A stretch of DNA of 64,000 nt, from positions 211,084 through 275,083 of the forward strand of contig JAKMXF010000315.1 in assembly GCA_024704765.1 (NCBI GenBank). The letters run 5' to 3'. Of this stretch, positions 1 through 11,703 are shown in pieces. Made by a program: the position numbers and the translations under genes. Positions within the stretch are counted from its first letter, which is position 1. Each line of letters opens with the position of its first letter. The notes under the pieces were generated by a model. The model had not been told where the DNA came from. It saw only the letters and a list, made by a program, of their open reading frames with translations, and made no database searches. The stretch comes from Oopsacas minuta. Its lineage: Eukaryota; Animalia; Porifera.

Positions 1-776
1 GAGTAAAGTCATTTATATTCCTGATAATTGAATCAAAATCGGCATGCTCATATAGCAATTTAGTAACTAGGTAATACTATACTATTGAAAAAATGGATAT
101 TGGATTTCAGAATAACTAGACGTGCTAGAGAAATTCTGATTGCAGATTCGAGTTCAGCATTCAAATGTATGCTAAGATCAATGTATGTGATCTCTGATGA
201 GAAATCTTGTTGAGTTGTGTAATTTATAAGATATGTATTTCGCCAATTATATGACCTTTGAATAATCGTAGAAGATTTTTGAAACAGCAAAAGGGGGTAA
301 TCAATACTCTGATTCCGAATTTGTAAGATCAAATCTTCTCCAGTATTTTCTTCTATTAATATTATTTAGTCAACTGATAATTATTGCATTCAATTGAACA
401 TTATATGGACTAGATAATCATATTTGATTGTCAGTGTTATGTTTGATGGATTTATAATCCGCGCGGGGGAGGATGAAATATGTTGATTACGGTGAATCAG
501 ATGAATTGAAACCAAGATTTCTACAAATCGGTCCTTACAACTCAGATGTCTTACCAATATTGCTTCCAATTTGAGTTCGACTTGAAAAATGTGTTAAATA
601 CAATTGGAATTCATATATAAGACTTCACAATAACTTATGCATTTTGGACTAGGCGTATTGTTTTCTATCTAGTTAACGTACAGCCTAAGCTATTCGAATA
701 TCTCCATCATTCTTTTTAAAGTTTGTCGTTCTGAAGCCATATTCACTAAGAAGTTATGAACTAGGTTCGAACTTAG

Positions 777-885
777 CAGTGGTGTTTTTCCTAAAACCGT
801 GGACGTTGTGCGCTCCCTCATTAAAGTAAAAACGGGCTCCAGTAAAGTGTTGGTGAATAGCGCCCCCTCGCCCAAAACACCACTA
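777..885. mobile_element. 109-bp mini inverted-repeat element (MITE-like)
   Basis: Ends CAGTGGTGTTTT (777) and AAAACACCACTA (874-885) are inverted with 1 mismatch. AACTTAG flanks both sides (770-776, 886-892). Confidence 0.5.
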
Positions 886-2117
886 AACTTAGTATTTTCC
901 CTAAGAGGTAATTTCGAACTTGAGTACCAACTTTTTACTATGATGATTTAGAAAACATTGATTATATTTGTTGACACGAATTGCTTGAAAATGGATAATT
1001 ATCATTATCATCATCAGTCTCGCATAACAGACCCATCTTAGTTAATTATCTATTTAGTTATCAAACCTTTCTTGTAACGAAAATAGGATAATGTTGGACA
1101 CAGTATTGAAATATTTGTCGTTATTTTACATTATAGTATGATTATAAACTATCGATTTGTGATTAGATTTGCGTAGCTGCATTGATCTGCATGAGTTCTA
1201 TCCGTAGATACTAATATATATAGAATCCCTGTTGCGTAATATGAACGGATATTTGATTTGATACCGCTAGACTTGACAAGAACCACCAAAGAATTTCAAA
1301 TTTACTGAAATATTTAGAGTAGTTATATATTCATTTGTATATTCCATGTAAATAATAGCATTGCATGAATGAAAAAATAAGTATTAGTAGAATTACATGG
1401 AATGAATTTAATATACCTAGTGATTATATTAAATTTACTTCTCGCATTAGAGAGAATGACGATTTTCCCATTTGAATATTAGCCTTTTATTTCAATTTGG
1501 GGCGTAAATTACCACACCATCCGAAAACCTAGCGCTAAAGTAGCCTTAAGCTCCCTTTTGAGAAGAAATTTGAACAAATTACAAGCTAAATCTTCTTTCA
1601 CAGCTTCTCAGATAACCGAGTTCTCGGACAATTGTGTGTGTACTTGATGGATATGAGGATTGGTATTGCAGAAATGGTACATTTTACCTGATTAAATATA
1701 TTGCGGATTGCTAGAATAACAAGTTATCAATCACTATGAGCTAAAACATTTATTAAAATTGCGAATGTTTTTCTCTAGTAAGCATATATTTGTAGCTTAT
1801 CCTTTACTTGATCCTTGTAATGGCGTAATGTCCTTATAGTTGGTTCGTTGACTCGTGTCAAAAATACATTCCATTTAGTTCAGAAATTTGCAGTGTTCAC
1901 ATTCAAATGATTCCTACACTTGCGCGCATAGCTTGCTACGTCGCTGCGCGATGTACGGAATTATCCTTGAGTTTTGTCCCATGTTTAGCATAAGTATGAA
2001 TCAGCTAGATTCGTCAGTGCTTTTGTGTCGCTAGGCAACGGTATACACTTGACAGTTCGTACTTTTTGTAATGAAAAATCTAGAACTCTAAATTTCTAAA
2101 AATCCATTAGCTTATAC

Positions 2118-3458
2118 AGGATGTAACATAATTGATGACTACTTCACTGTTCCTATATACTATACAGCCGCACTCACATTTATTTAACTATAGTAAAAGT
2201 TTTGCCATTATCCGATTATATAAATCCTTTGGTACCATAATTTATGCATTTTCGAACTAATGTTCATGTCTATGTCCCAAAGTTTTTAATAGTTTATGCT
2301 CCCTAATATCTTAGCAGTATCATGGTCAAATAACACAAGATCAATATTAGAAACCAGGCTGTAGGGATGTTATTAGGTGGGATAACGCAAAGACGCGTTT
2401 GCAATTTACTTGGAGCATCCTTGCGTACTGTGGACGATGGTGGACCCAATACCAGAAGGGAATCTCATTGGAAAATAAATGTGGTAGAGGACGGAAGGTT
2501 TCCTTATCAAAAATTGGAAAAAATCATCTCTTCTAAGTCACTAACAAAGAAACACCAATCTACAAGAAAATTGTCAAGAAAACTTAAGTCTAAGGGTATT
2601 ATAGCATCACATATGACTGTCCAAAGGCATCTCAAAAATTCTATTGGGGCAACTAGTTATAAAAGACCACTTCAGCCAAGATTATCCGAAAAACAGATTA
2701 AAGTTCGGATTTCTTTCTGTAACAGAGAGTCAATTGGGCTGTTCAAGATTGGTGTATGGTGTTATTTTCTGATGAATCCCCCTATGAATTATTCCACACA
2801 CCTAATAGACAAAATGATTGTGTATGGGCAAGGGAGAAAGAATCAGTGGCCCTCTTGAGAAAATTAAATTTCCTTCTAAGGTACATATTTGGGAAATGAT
2901 GTCATACAATGCGATATGAGAACTGCATATTATACCTAAGTCCTGTACAGTTACTGCAAAATATTATATCGGAGAAATACTGAAGAAGTCTCTGAAGATC
3001 GCACTAAGGAGGAAAAGGAAGACTGGATCTGTTCTAGTCAGAAGATTACTCCCAAACATGTCCAGGTACATCTTTCAGCAGGACGGGGCACCAGCTCTTA
3101 ATGCCATAAAGACTCAAGATTGGTGTAAAGACAATTTTAATTCCTTTTGGGAGAAGGAATTTGGCCAGGCAACTCGCCAGACTTAAACCCAATAGAGAAT
3201 TTATGGCCCATCATCCAAAGCAAAATTAATGAAATGGAAGTAGCAACCAATCTAAATATGCTTGAAAAACAGCTGAAACTGGCATGGTCTCAGATTTCCC
3301 CTGAGATTCTCGACAATCTGGTGAGTGGTATGCCCGAAATGATTGAAACATGTCTCAAATATAAAGGCGGATATATAGGAAATAGATTGGACAGTGAATT
3401 CATCGAACGTTAATTTATGCATATTTTTTCTGTAAGTCATCAATTATATTGCACCCTG
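2118..3458 (+). mobile_element. Tc1/mariner-superfamily DNA transposon, DD37E type, defective
   Basis: TA on both flanks (2116-17, 3459-60). Imperfect ~25-bp TIRs CAGG(A/G)TG(T/C)AA(C/T)ATAATTGATGACT. Broken transposase ~2322-3413 with FSDESP, FQQDGAP and WPGNSPDLNPIENLW; about 37 aa between D2 and E after repairing one frameshift. Confidence 0.9.
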
Positions 3459-4099
3459 TACAAGCAAGCTACACTTAGTTGCGTTGCGCGGCACGCGTAC
3501 CCTTTGTGTTCGCGGTCAACTGGCATTTGAGACGTGCTGGCCTCTCTGTAGCGTTTTCATTTTCTAACCCTGAATCGCGAACATGTTCGTTGTTGCTTGA
3601 GACGGACAGTATATTCAATAACACTTGTCTGTTAAAATATGACAGTTTATTATGAAACTGGTTCTTAAGCCTAGCTTCTCTTACGGTAGGATCATTGAGT
3701 CGATTATCTTTTATCCTCTGGTCTTCGTTTTGATGTATTTTCTTGGGTTCAAGTTTACTTATTCGAGGAATTTTGGTATGCAAAGACGTAAAATGTGTCA
3801 AGTTGTAAATTTCAGTGTTATAAATATTCTAAATGTATAGTATTCTATACTTACACAGTGAATTTGATCAATAGTGCAATTGTAATTTTATTGGTCACTT
3901 CATATGCACATTAACAAACATAGTTATATTTATCCTCAATCCAGTGGGGTGACGTAGCATGGTTACACGTTTAACAAATTGAAATTTGAAAATTTTGCGT
4001 AATTGGAACCATTGCATTCTAATTGGACTGTGTTAACACCTATATTATATGATCACCACAATTGGTGATCGATGAGTGATTCTCCAGCAATGGTTGCTA

Positions 4100-4800
4100 A
4101 ACATTGTAGCAAATTCTTGAGCGAAATTTCGAAAGGTATATCGCAGCAATGCACTAAAAGATCTCTGATTGATAATATCTACTAGCATTTAGATCAGAAA
4201 AATGCTTCGGTCAGTTTGCTTGTCATGATATCTTACAAAGTTTTCTAGAATGGGACTGCTTTGCTCATTTCCAACTCCCACGACTGGAAGGGGTTATCCT
4301 CTAATTGTCAGCGCTTCACACTCTACTCATTTCCACCTCTACCAGAATCTAATGTACAACGAATTGAATTCTGCAAGATCATGCGGCTTTAATCAATTCG
4401 TAAAATGTCGAACTATCAATAATATATAGTTTCTTCAGTATTCAGACACTCTAGAATTCGTTTTCCGACAATGGGATCTTATTATGAGAAGCGAAAAGAA
4501 TTATGTATGGATTTTTGGAGTGCATTTCCATTAGTCTTCATCACAGTAAAGAAAGTTATCAAACAAATATTAGGGAAACCTTTGTGTTAAGATGTAATGA
4601 TATCAATACATTACTAGATATTTTATGATATTGCGATAATCCTCAATGATTGAAATATAAACTCTGCCTTGATTCTGGACGAGATTTTCTCAAACTTGTA
4701 CCTAGCTTAAGGAATGAGAATTCTGTAGATAAGCTAATCAATTTTTGTATGGTAAAGTTTCTGAAATTGTTATAACTTTTAGCGGATTTTCAGTCCAATC
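4100..4800 (+). mobile_element. Degenerate non-LTR retrotransposon (CR1/L2-like RT) remnant
   Basis: Translation ALKDLIDNIY*HLDQKNASVSLLV resembles the RT segment before the DxSKAFD motif. Heavily decayed; boundaries approximate. Confidence 0.3.
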
Positions 4801-5089
4801 AAATAAGCAATTTTCTGGCAAACTTTGATGTCACACTTTCGTTGATCTCAAAGTTGAGTGTATTTCGATCGTTTTAATGGCAGGGTGGTATCGATGCATC
4901 TGGTGTACTTGGATTGTCGCCTAGGTTAAACGAGAATCAGAATACATGCAGATCGATTCTTCTATATTCAACAATGTTCGACAAACTTCCTACAGTCTAC
5001 AGGGTTCATCTTAACTTCTGCCAAAAAGGTGATTATGTATTATCTAACATTTATTGTTGAATATCTCACTTTAGTGTTGTGACTTCGTC

Positions 5090-5927
5090 CAACACTATGC
5101 CATCGGAAAAAATCTGTAAGAGTAAAGATTTCTAGTGCATCTGCTCGATGAATTCTTTCAAAGGACACTGAAAACCTTTCTTTGAAACGAACCAGGGATG
5201 AATCACTTACTTGTACCTTCAGCGAAAAGAGTTAATGAAATCGTCGACTTCTCACCTGGCTCAAATCTGTGAATCCTAAAACGATCATGGTTTCTGATGA
5301 AAGGACTTTCACTATTGAGGTAAGATCATGTCTTAAAATTCTTCTATCCATTGCACATCACGAAAGGATATACCTGAAATGTTTAGAACTGTTCAGAAGA
5401 GTCAACATCCGAAGAGTATTATTGTTTGGGCATGAATTACTGTGATTGGTAATACTCCCTTGGTTTTCGTCTGGGATTGAACCAAAATAAGTGCTCAGAT
5501 GTACCAAGACCTCCTTTTGGAGCAATTAACCGATTACCAACTCTGTGATGAATAGAAACAAATGTATATTTCAACAGGATGGTATACCGCTGAAATTTCT
5601 CCACATTGGCTATCTGTCAATGTGCCGGTGATTTTGGCCGCGAAGAATGGCCCGCTTCAAGTCCGGACCTTTTCCATGCGACTATTATTTATGTAAATAG
5701 GATGCCCAGGTAAATACTCACATGTACAACTATGTTAAATCACATAAAGGAGCTCTGAAATAGGCGTTGAAAGAATTAGACCAAGAAGAAGTTGCTTGTG
5801 CTTAATTTATTTACAATTTGGATTATGAGATGTATAAATGGAAGGACGCAGATTTGAGATAAGCAAATGCTATTAGATACTATTGTTTGAATGCATAATT
5901 TTGTAGCAAAACTTATGACGCATCCTG
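5090..5927 (+). mobile_element. 5'-truncated maT-like (DD37D) Tc1/mariner remnant
   Basis: Motifs xSDExxFTIE (~5290), QQDG (~5572) and EEWPASSPDL (~5640). Right end AAAACTTATGACGCATCCTG followed by TA at 5928-29. No left TIR found. Confidence 0.65.
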
Positions 5928-5949
5928 TACAGGTGTGTTCCAAAAATCA

Positions 5950-6840
5950 CCCAATTGATTTTATGGGCGTTGAAGATCCCACTCCAATAGGAATATGGAT
6001 GTAAATTCAATTGATAGATTCAATATTCAAGAGTTTCATTTGATGTTAGGAGTGGGACAAAAGTTATATGATGCCATACCAATAACAATGTCTGAGGAAG
6101 AGATACTCACCCATGAATCTCTACTAAGACATATTATGAATCAACGGAGCACATACCATTGGTATACACTTGAAGGAAATTCAATAGATAAACTGCTCAG
6201 GATGTGTAATGGACTGGCTTCCCTCCTTCAAACTCTCTCTTCATTCCCCTGAAGAATTTTAGTGATGTGGTTGAATCATGCTTTGGAACAAATATTGAAA
6301 GTGAATACATTGATCAGATTTATCAATTAGAAGATGCTTTTAATCAAACAGGGCTACCCCATGTTCAACTAAAGTCCATGTTGTCAGACGCCACATTCTA
6401 CCTTTTGCTCAAAACTACCTTCTTTGGGGAAGGGTCTGAAGTATGTATCAGAAAAGCTATTGAATTATCTTAGCTCGATTTTGAAGTTCTGGAATAGATA
6501 CAAATGTGATGAGGATCTTGAAATTTTCCTAAATGTGTAATAATGCAGTTTGTGAAACCAATTTCACAAATTAATCCATATCACAGTCAAACTTATTTGT
6601 GATTTTGTTTACTTGTTATGGTAATTGCCAAAAGTAATCATATCTATTATCCATTATTTATGAAAAAATATTTTGAGAATATAGTTTTAACACCAAATTT
6701 TAAAATCACACTCGCAAAAATCTTGTGTTGGAAATATATTTGTCAAAATAGTTTCGTAATCAAAAAAATATTCTGTGCTCAGCCTGTAAATTTCGTAGGG
6801 TGTATTTTTTTTACCGTAATCACGATTTCAGAGACCCATG
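5950..6840 (+). mobile_element. Chapaev-like transposase 3' remnant (second family)
   Basis: EFHLMLGVGQKLYD...MSEEEILTH...LEGNSIDKLL aligns with ELHLLLGVSQILYD...MSEDEIQIH...FEGNSMRILL of the element at 11704-14455. GAGACCCATG at 6831-6840 resembles that element's terminus GCGACCCGTG. Confidence 0.6.
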
Positions 6841-8215
6841 ATAGATAGGTGTCGGATACATTAACCGCTTGGCCACAATTTTGCATGTCAATAATTCCTG
6901 AACGATTTGATCGATCGACTAGTTCAAAAATCAAAAGTACGTTCTATGGTACCTCTTACGAGAATAAACCTTTCACAATAAATACCCCGATTAGAAAACA
7001 TTGGAGAATATCTTACAGAATTTTTAATCTTTCCCAGGGTTGGGAGACACTGACCTTGACTGACAATTTTCCCGATATAGTGATGATCCAGGGTGGGTCT
7101 CCATTCCTATCGAATTATGATACCATACTCTACATCTGGACCTATAATGGCACTTACTTCCAAAAAATACACAAGCAGCTTGAAATTCTATTTATATGCA
7201 AATATTCGAATTTGACATTTTACAGTTGGCAATTCCTGAAGTACCATGGATAGCATAATTATTCAAAATTCATTATACCTCAAAAATTTATTTTTGCCGA
7301 ATAAGTCAGTCCAATACCTAATTTATACCCGACTTCCCACACCCTGATAATATATTTGATCTCTATCCATTTTTGATGTAATCTACCATACTCGAACATA
7401 GTTTTTTGCATTGTGTGCCTTGCATACCCCCAGTATACAAACATTCAGTATACAAACAAAATACTGAATAATAATACTGAATATTTTCATATCATCACAA
7501 ATTATGCCACTTTAAGCCTATTGCAACCATTATACATAGAGCGGTTCACTAAGTAATACGGTAGATAATTTTCAAGCTTATCAATGAGTATTTCATAAAA
7601 ATCATAGAATCGTTTTCTCAGGATGGTAGATTTCTTATTTGACAACTCTTGCCATTATATATTATTGTATTGATCATCAAGAATAGACCCACTATAGGGA
7701 CCATGAATTACAAATTTTTAAATTTTTATTTCAGTTGAGAATCCTGAAAATTATGGTAAAATCGGAATTCCTATACCCTAGTTATACATTTTGGTATAAT
7801 ATCTCATATCAATGCGACACTATTCTTCAATTATCTCATATCATTTGCTAAAATTTCAATGAATCTCGATTTATTATTGAATATTCAGAAATAGTAGTTA
7901 GCCATGTTCTCTATTGGAGCCCAACGACTAACCAACTTTTGTATTACAAACTTTTGATATTTTCTAAAAGTATCTATGGATTGAATTATCTATAGATCAT
8001 TTCATGCATTCACATTGAGATGATAAATGCAAATTTAATGTTCTATTAGACATCTAAGAATGAAAAGTTTAAATAAATATGTGGTAACCAGGGAAATATT
8101 TTGACACATTCCTACAACGTTATATTTGAATAATAATTGATGGTGCACAATTATGTACTATATTTATTCAGACAAAAATACACTGATTCTACAACAAAGA
8201 ACCATAAATGTACGA

Positions 8216-8660
8216 GGTCGCGTTGTTAGTCCAAATTCGTATTAGTCCAAATTTGATATGTTTGCGTCAGTTTAAATATCAAAATTAGTATTAGCTCAAA
8301 TCTTTGGTGATGTTTGCGTAAATTGGATCTGGAGCAGGCTGTGAGTAGCTGAGGGTATTTAGAACTCACGTTGGAAGGTGTTAGAATTGGCAATTTCATG
8401 GATTATCTAGCTAGATTGGCTTGAGCTGAGAAGATGAGCATTTCAGGGGACAATTTGGATAACTGGTGTACTGTTTGACTGGATTCGAGTTGGATCTTGA
8501 GCAGACTATGAGTTGCTGGTAATTTTTATATTCAAAAGAACAAAAGTAAATGACTACATTCTTCCTTGTGGCGAAATTTCACCGTGAATGCCTGAACTCG
8601 ATCACCATAAATTTGAACTAATACCGATTTTGATATTTGGACTAATGCATGCGCCCATAC
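8216..8660. repeat. MITE-like element with degenerate TIRs
   Basis: TTAGTCCAAA...TATTAGTCCAAATTT near 8227-8254 is mirrored by AAATTTGAACTAATA...TTTGGACTAA near 8609-8646. Internal duplicated GGATCT(G/T)GAGCAG(G/A)CT(G/A)TGAG. Confidence 0.4.
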
Positions 8661-9522
8661 ATCATGCACTCAGCAAATACCGCATCCCTGTTTATTTTCC
8701 GCACGCTTCATATTAGTTTGCTATAGTAATCCATTTATTCGGTCAAATACATGGAACTTTTGAAATATTTAAACTCAAATTTATTCTAATGGCGCCATGT
8801 TTCACGACCAGAGTTGACACATGCAGTTGATATTTTTTGAGTCTATGGCAAATTCATGAAGATGGTTGGTCATTCCGACCATTCACCCTTAATGTGTATT
8901 AGGTTTCAAGATGTTCAGAATACACTTTTTCTGCCACAATATACACAAATATACACAAAAATGTGGTTACTCGATAGACTAGCACATTCTATATTTTAGA
9001 TCGGCTTGTGTAACCCTGGAGACCAATTCGATCGTATGTAAATGATCATTTTGGGCTAACCAGTTTATATATATATGTGAAAGGCTGCTAATCGAAATAC
9101 TTCTACAGGGCAGGACAAAAACAACTGGCCGTAACAATTTACTTTGAATGTGCAGAATATTTTGGAGAGATTAACAAAACCTTATAACTATAGTGCTGAA
9201 TCAAAACATTTCCATTATTGGATTTTTAGAGTAAAATTCCCATCACATTCTTCAGAACTATTTCTTCCCGGAATGATTTGTAGGGTCTTCGGACTTGCTA
9301 TTTAGGTTTTAACAGTTCTCAGTCTGAAATTTCTTAATCCAACCATGAATTCTCGATTTCCAGGGCGCATTTTTGACTGTCTATATGCAAAATTTTTATG
9401 TAATTTCCTTGAAAGACCGAGATTCAAAAATTCTCTGAATTCACAAAGACTTGTACTGAATACTTTATTACTTCGTCTTTGGATTATCTAACATATCTTT
9501 AAAGAGAATATATAGAACAGTA

Positions 9523-10830
9523 CAGGGTGGCTCATAAGTTCTGTGATATTTATGTTAATCCATTTATATATTCAAAATGTACTATTCATGATTGATGTTC
9601 TAATTAGACTAACACTATATGCTAATAATATGCTAGAAATAGCCGCTATTCTATATACCCTCCCCTCTTCTCAATTACAGCCTTTAATCTGCGAGGGAAG
9701 GCCTCAACCGCAGCACGCAGTGTTTCTTGAGGTATTTTAGCCCATTCTCTTCTCAATGATACCTTTAGAGATTCTACATTGTTGTGGGCCATAGCACAAG
9801 CTTTTGTCTCCACAATCAGCCAGATAGAGTAATCCATTGGATTCAAATCGGGGCTGTATGGAGGCCATTCGTCTTTGGGAATAAAATCGGGAATATTCTC
9901 TTTTAGCAATGCCTGAGTGACTTTGGAGGTGTGGGCGGGCACACCTTCCTGTTGAAACAGAAATGACTCTCCAGAAAATATGGACTGGCTTAGATCTTTC
10001 AGTACAGGTTCTAATATCAGTTCGCGATATGAGATTGAATTAATTTTAGCCCTGGCGGGACAAATATCAGGGATGTCTGACCAATTACTGAAATTCCAGC
10101 CCAACCATGATAGATTGTGGTTTTTAAGCTCGTCCGATTGTTATGCAGCTCGTCTGTGATTGCTTGAGAACTAGTTACTACTATTCTGTCATTTTGAGCT
10201 GTGTTAGCTTCCTCTATTGTAAATAATTTCTCGTCAGAAAGAGAATGTTGTTTATCTCGTAAATAGCGTGCCGCTTTAGCAGATCCTTACTCCTAACCAG
10301 TCTCTTTCCCATGATCTTACTAGAAAGGAAGTGCACTGTCTTCCTTTTGAATGATCTCATTCCTAATTGATTTTTAACGATTCTTTGGACAGATCGATGG
10401 GATAGTTTGAGGACTGATGTCATTTACGCATTGATCGTCGGGGATTTCTCCGAATTTGTTCCCGCACCGCCTTTCGCACCTTTGGAGTCACAACAGAACA
10501 CGAACGATCAGTCCTCGCCCTATCTTCAACTTTCCCAGTCTTCAAATATCTCTTAATGGCCCTTGTAATAAACATCCCTCTTTCCCTGGGCATTTTGAGA
10601 ATTTTAGAAATTTCCCTTGGTTTATGTCCCGCCTGAAATAATTTAATCATAGCACACCTATCGCTTTCCATAAGCTATTCAACACTGAAATGAAGTAAAT
10701 TAGGAAACTACTTATGAAATACTATTATTGAATATGTAGTAATGATATTCATTTGATAATACTATTGTTGTAGCATTAGAAATGAAAATTTACGAAATCA
10801 AAAATGTCACAGAGCTTGTGAGCCACCATG
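9523..10830 (-). mobile_element. maT (DD37D) transposon, full length, defective
   Basis: TA flanks (9521-22, 10831-32). ~28-bp TIRs CA(G/T)GGTGGCTCA(T/C)AAG(T/C)TCTGTGA(T/C)ATTT. Transposase 10671->9646 in fragments; FQQEGVPAH...WPPYSPDLNPMD gives 37-aa spacing, with the second D changed to E. Confidence 0.9.
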
Positions 10831-11703
10831 TATTGCTTTGTTTGACTAATAGTTTAAGGTGGCCTGAAATGTGCACGGACCCCGTATTTTTGACACACTA
10901 TATATTAATTATTACAACCATATGTTGAAGTTACCTATTGATTTCTAATTCCGTATTAAATCAGACTTAATCCTCGAAGTTCAATTCTACTATACATTGG
11001 GTTAATTGTTAGTGGCTCTCTTGAATCACATTGTGTAACTAAGCGTCAAATGTATTTTAATAAATTTTTATGATTGATACACTACTTGAACCCCTGGTCC
11101 AAATCTGTTATCCCCTGAACAGACCAAATCTTTGGAGAGCATTAAAAAAAAATATGATCTTTTCTTAGATGATTATGAAGGTTTTAGGTAATACTGGCTC
11201 GTTCAGACTGCTTATATCATTGCATAGAAAAGAATCACCATACCCACGAGCAGATATACGTCACTCGTATTGAATACAAGTAGTAAATATTACAAGGTTT
11301 AACTTGAAAAATAATAAACACATCGATTAATTCATAAATCTGAATCCCCTTGCTCTGTTGGGAGAGAAATGAGACTTATTTTTCAAATTTATTGCGGGTT
11401 TCCCTCAAATCTTTATCTCATCCTACAAGTTCGATACAGAAAAACTATTTAGCTGTACAGGCAAACTTTTGAAGAATAGTTTAGCTCACTAGTTACAGAT
11501 AATGCTAATATACTAATATTCATTCAAAAGAATCTTTATTTATTCAATTACAAATATTAGCTAGCTTTACATTTGTGTATTGGATTATTATTTGTAGTTG
11601 GCTATTGATGAGATTTTGGATGCATAATGGTTTTAGAAATATATTGTAGTCAGTTGAACAATGGTTCTGTTTATCCTGTTGGTAGTTAAAGCTAAATCCA
11701 TCT

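Noticed and set aside
60-720. Minus-strand 90-aa ORF and a KKNDGDIRIA motif resembling a non-LTR RT
   Set aside because: No further RT motifs in any frame and many stops; no product can be assigned.
2027-2039. RFX X-box-like GTCGCTAGGCAAC
   Set aside because: One mismatch to consensus and no identifiable downstream gene.
1440-3801. Possible Helitron N-terminal remnant (REARL/ERPARL repeats, SNGKIV) split by the Tc1 element
   Set aside because: Similarity is limited to a few residues; no Rep or helicase motifs and no Helitron termini seen.
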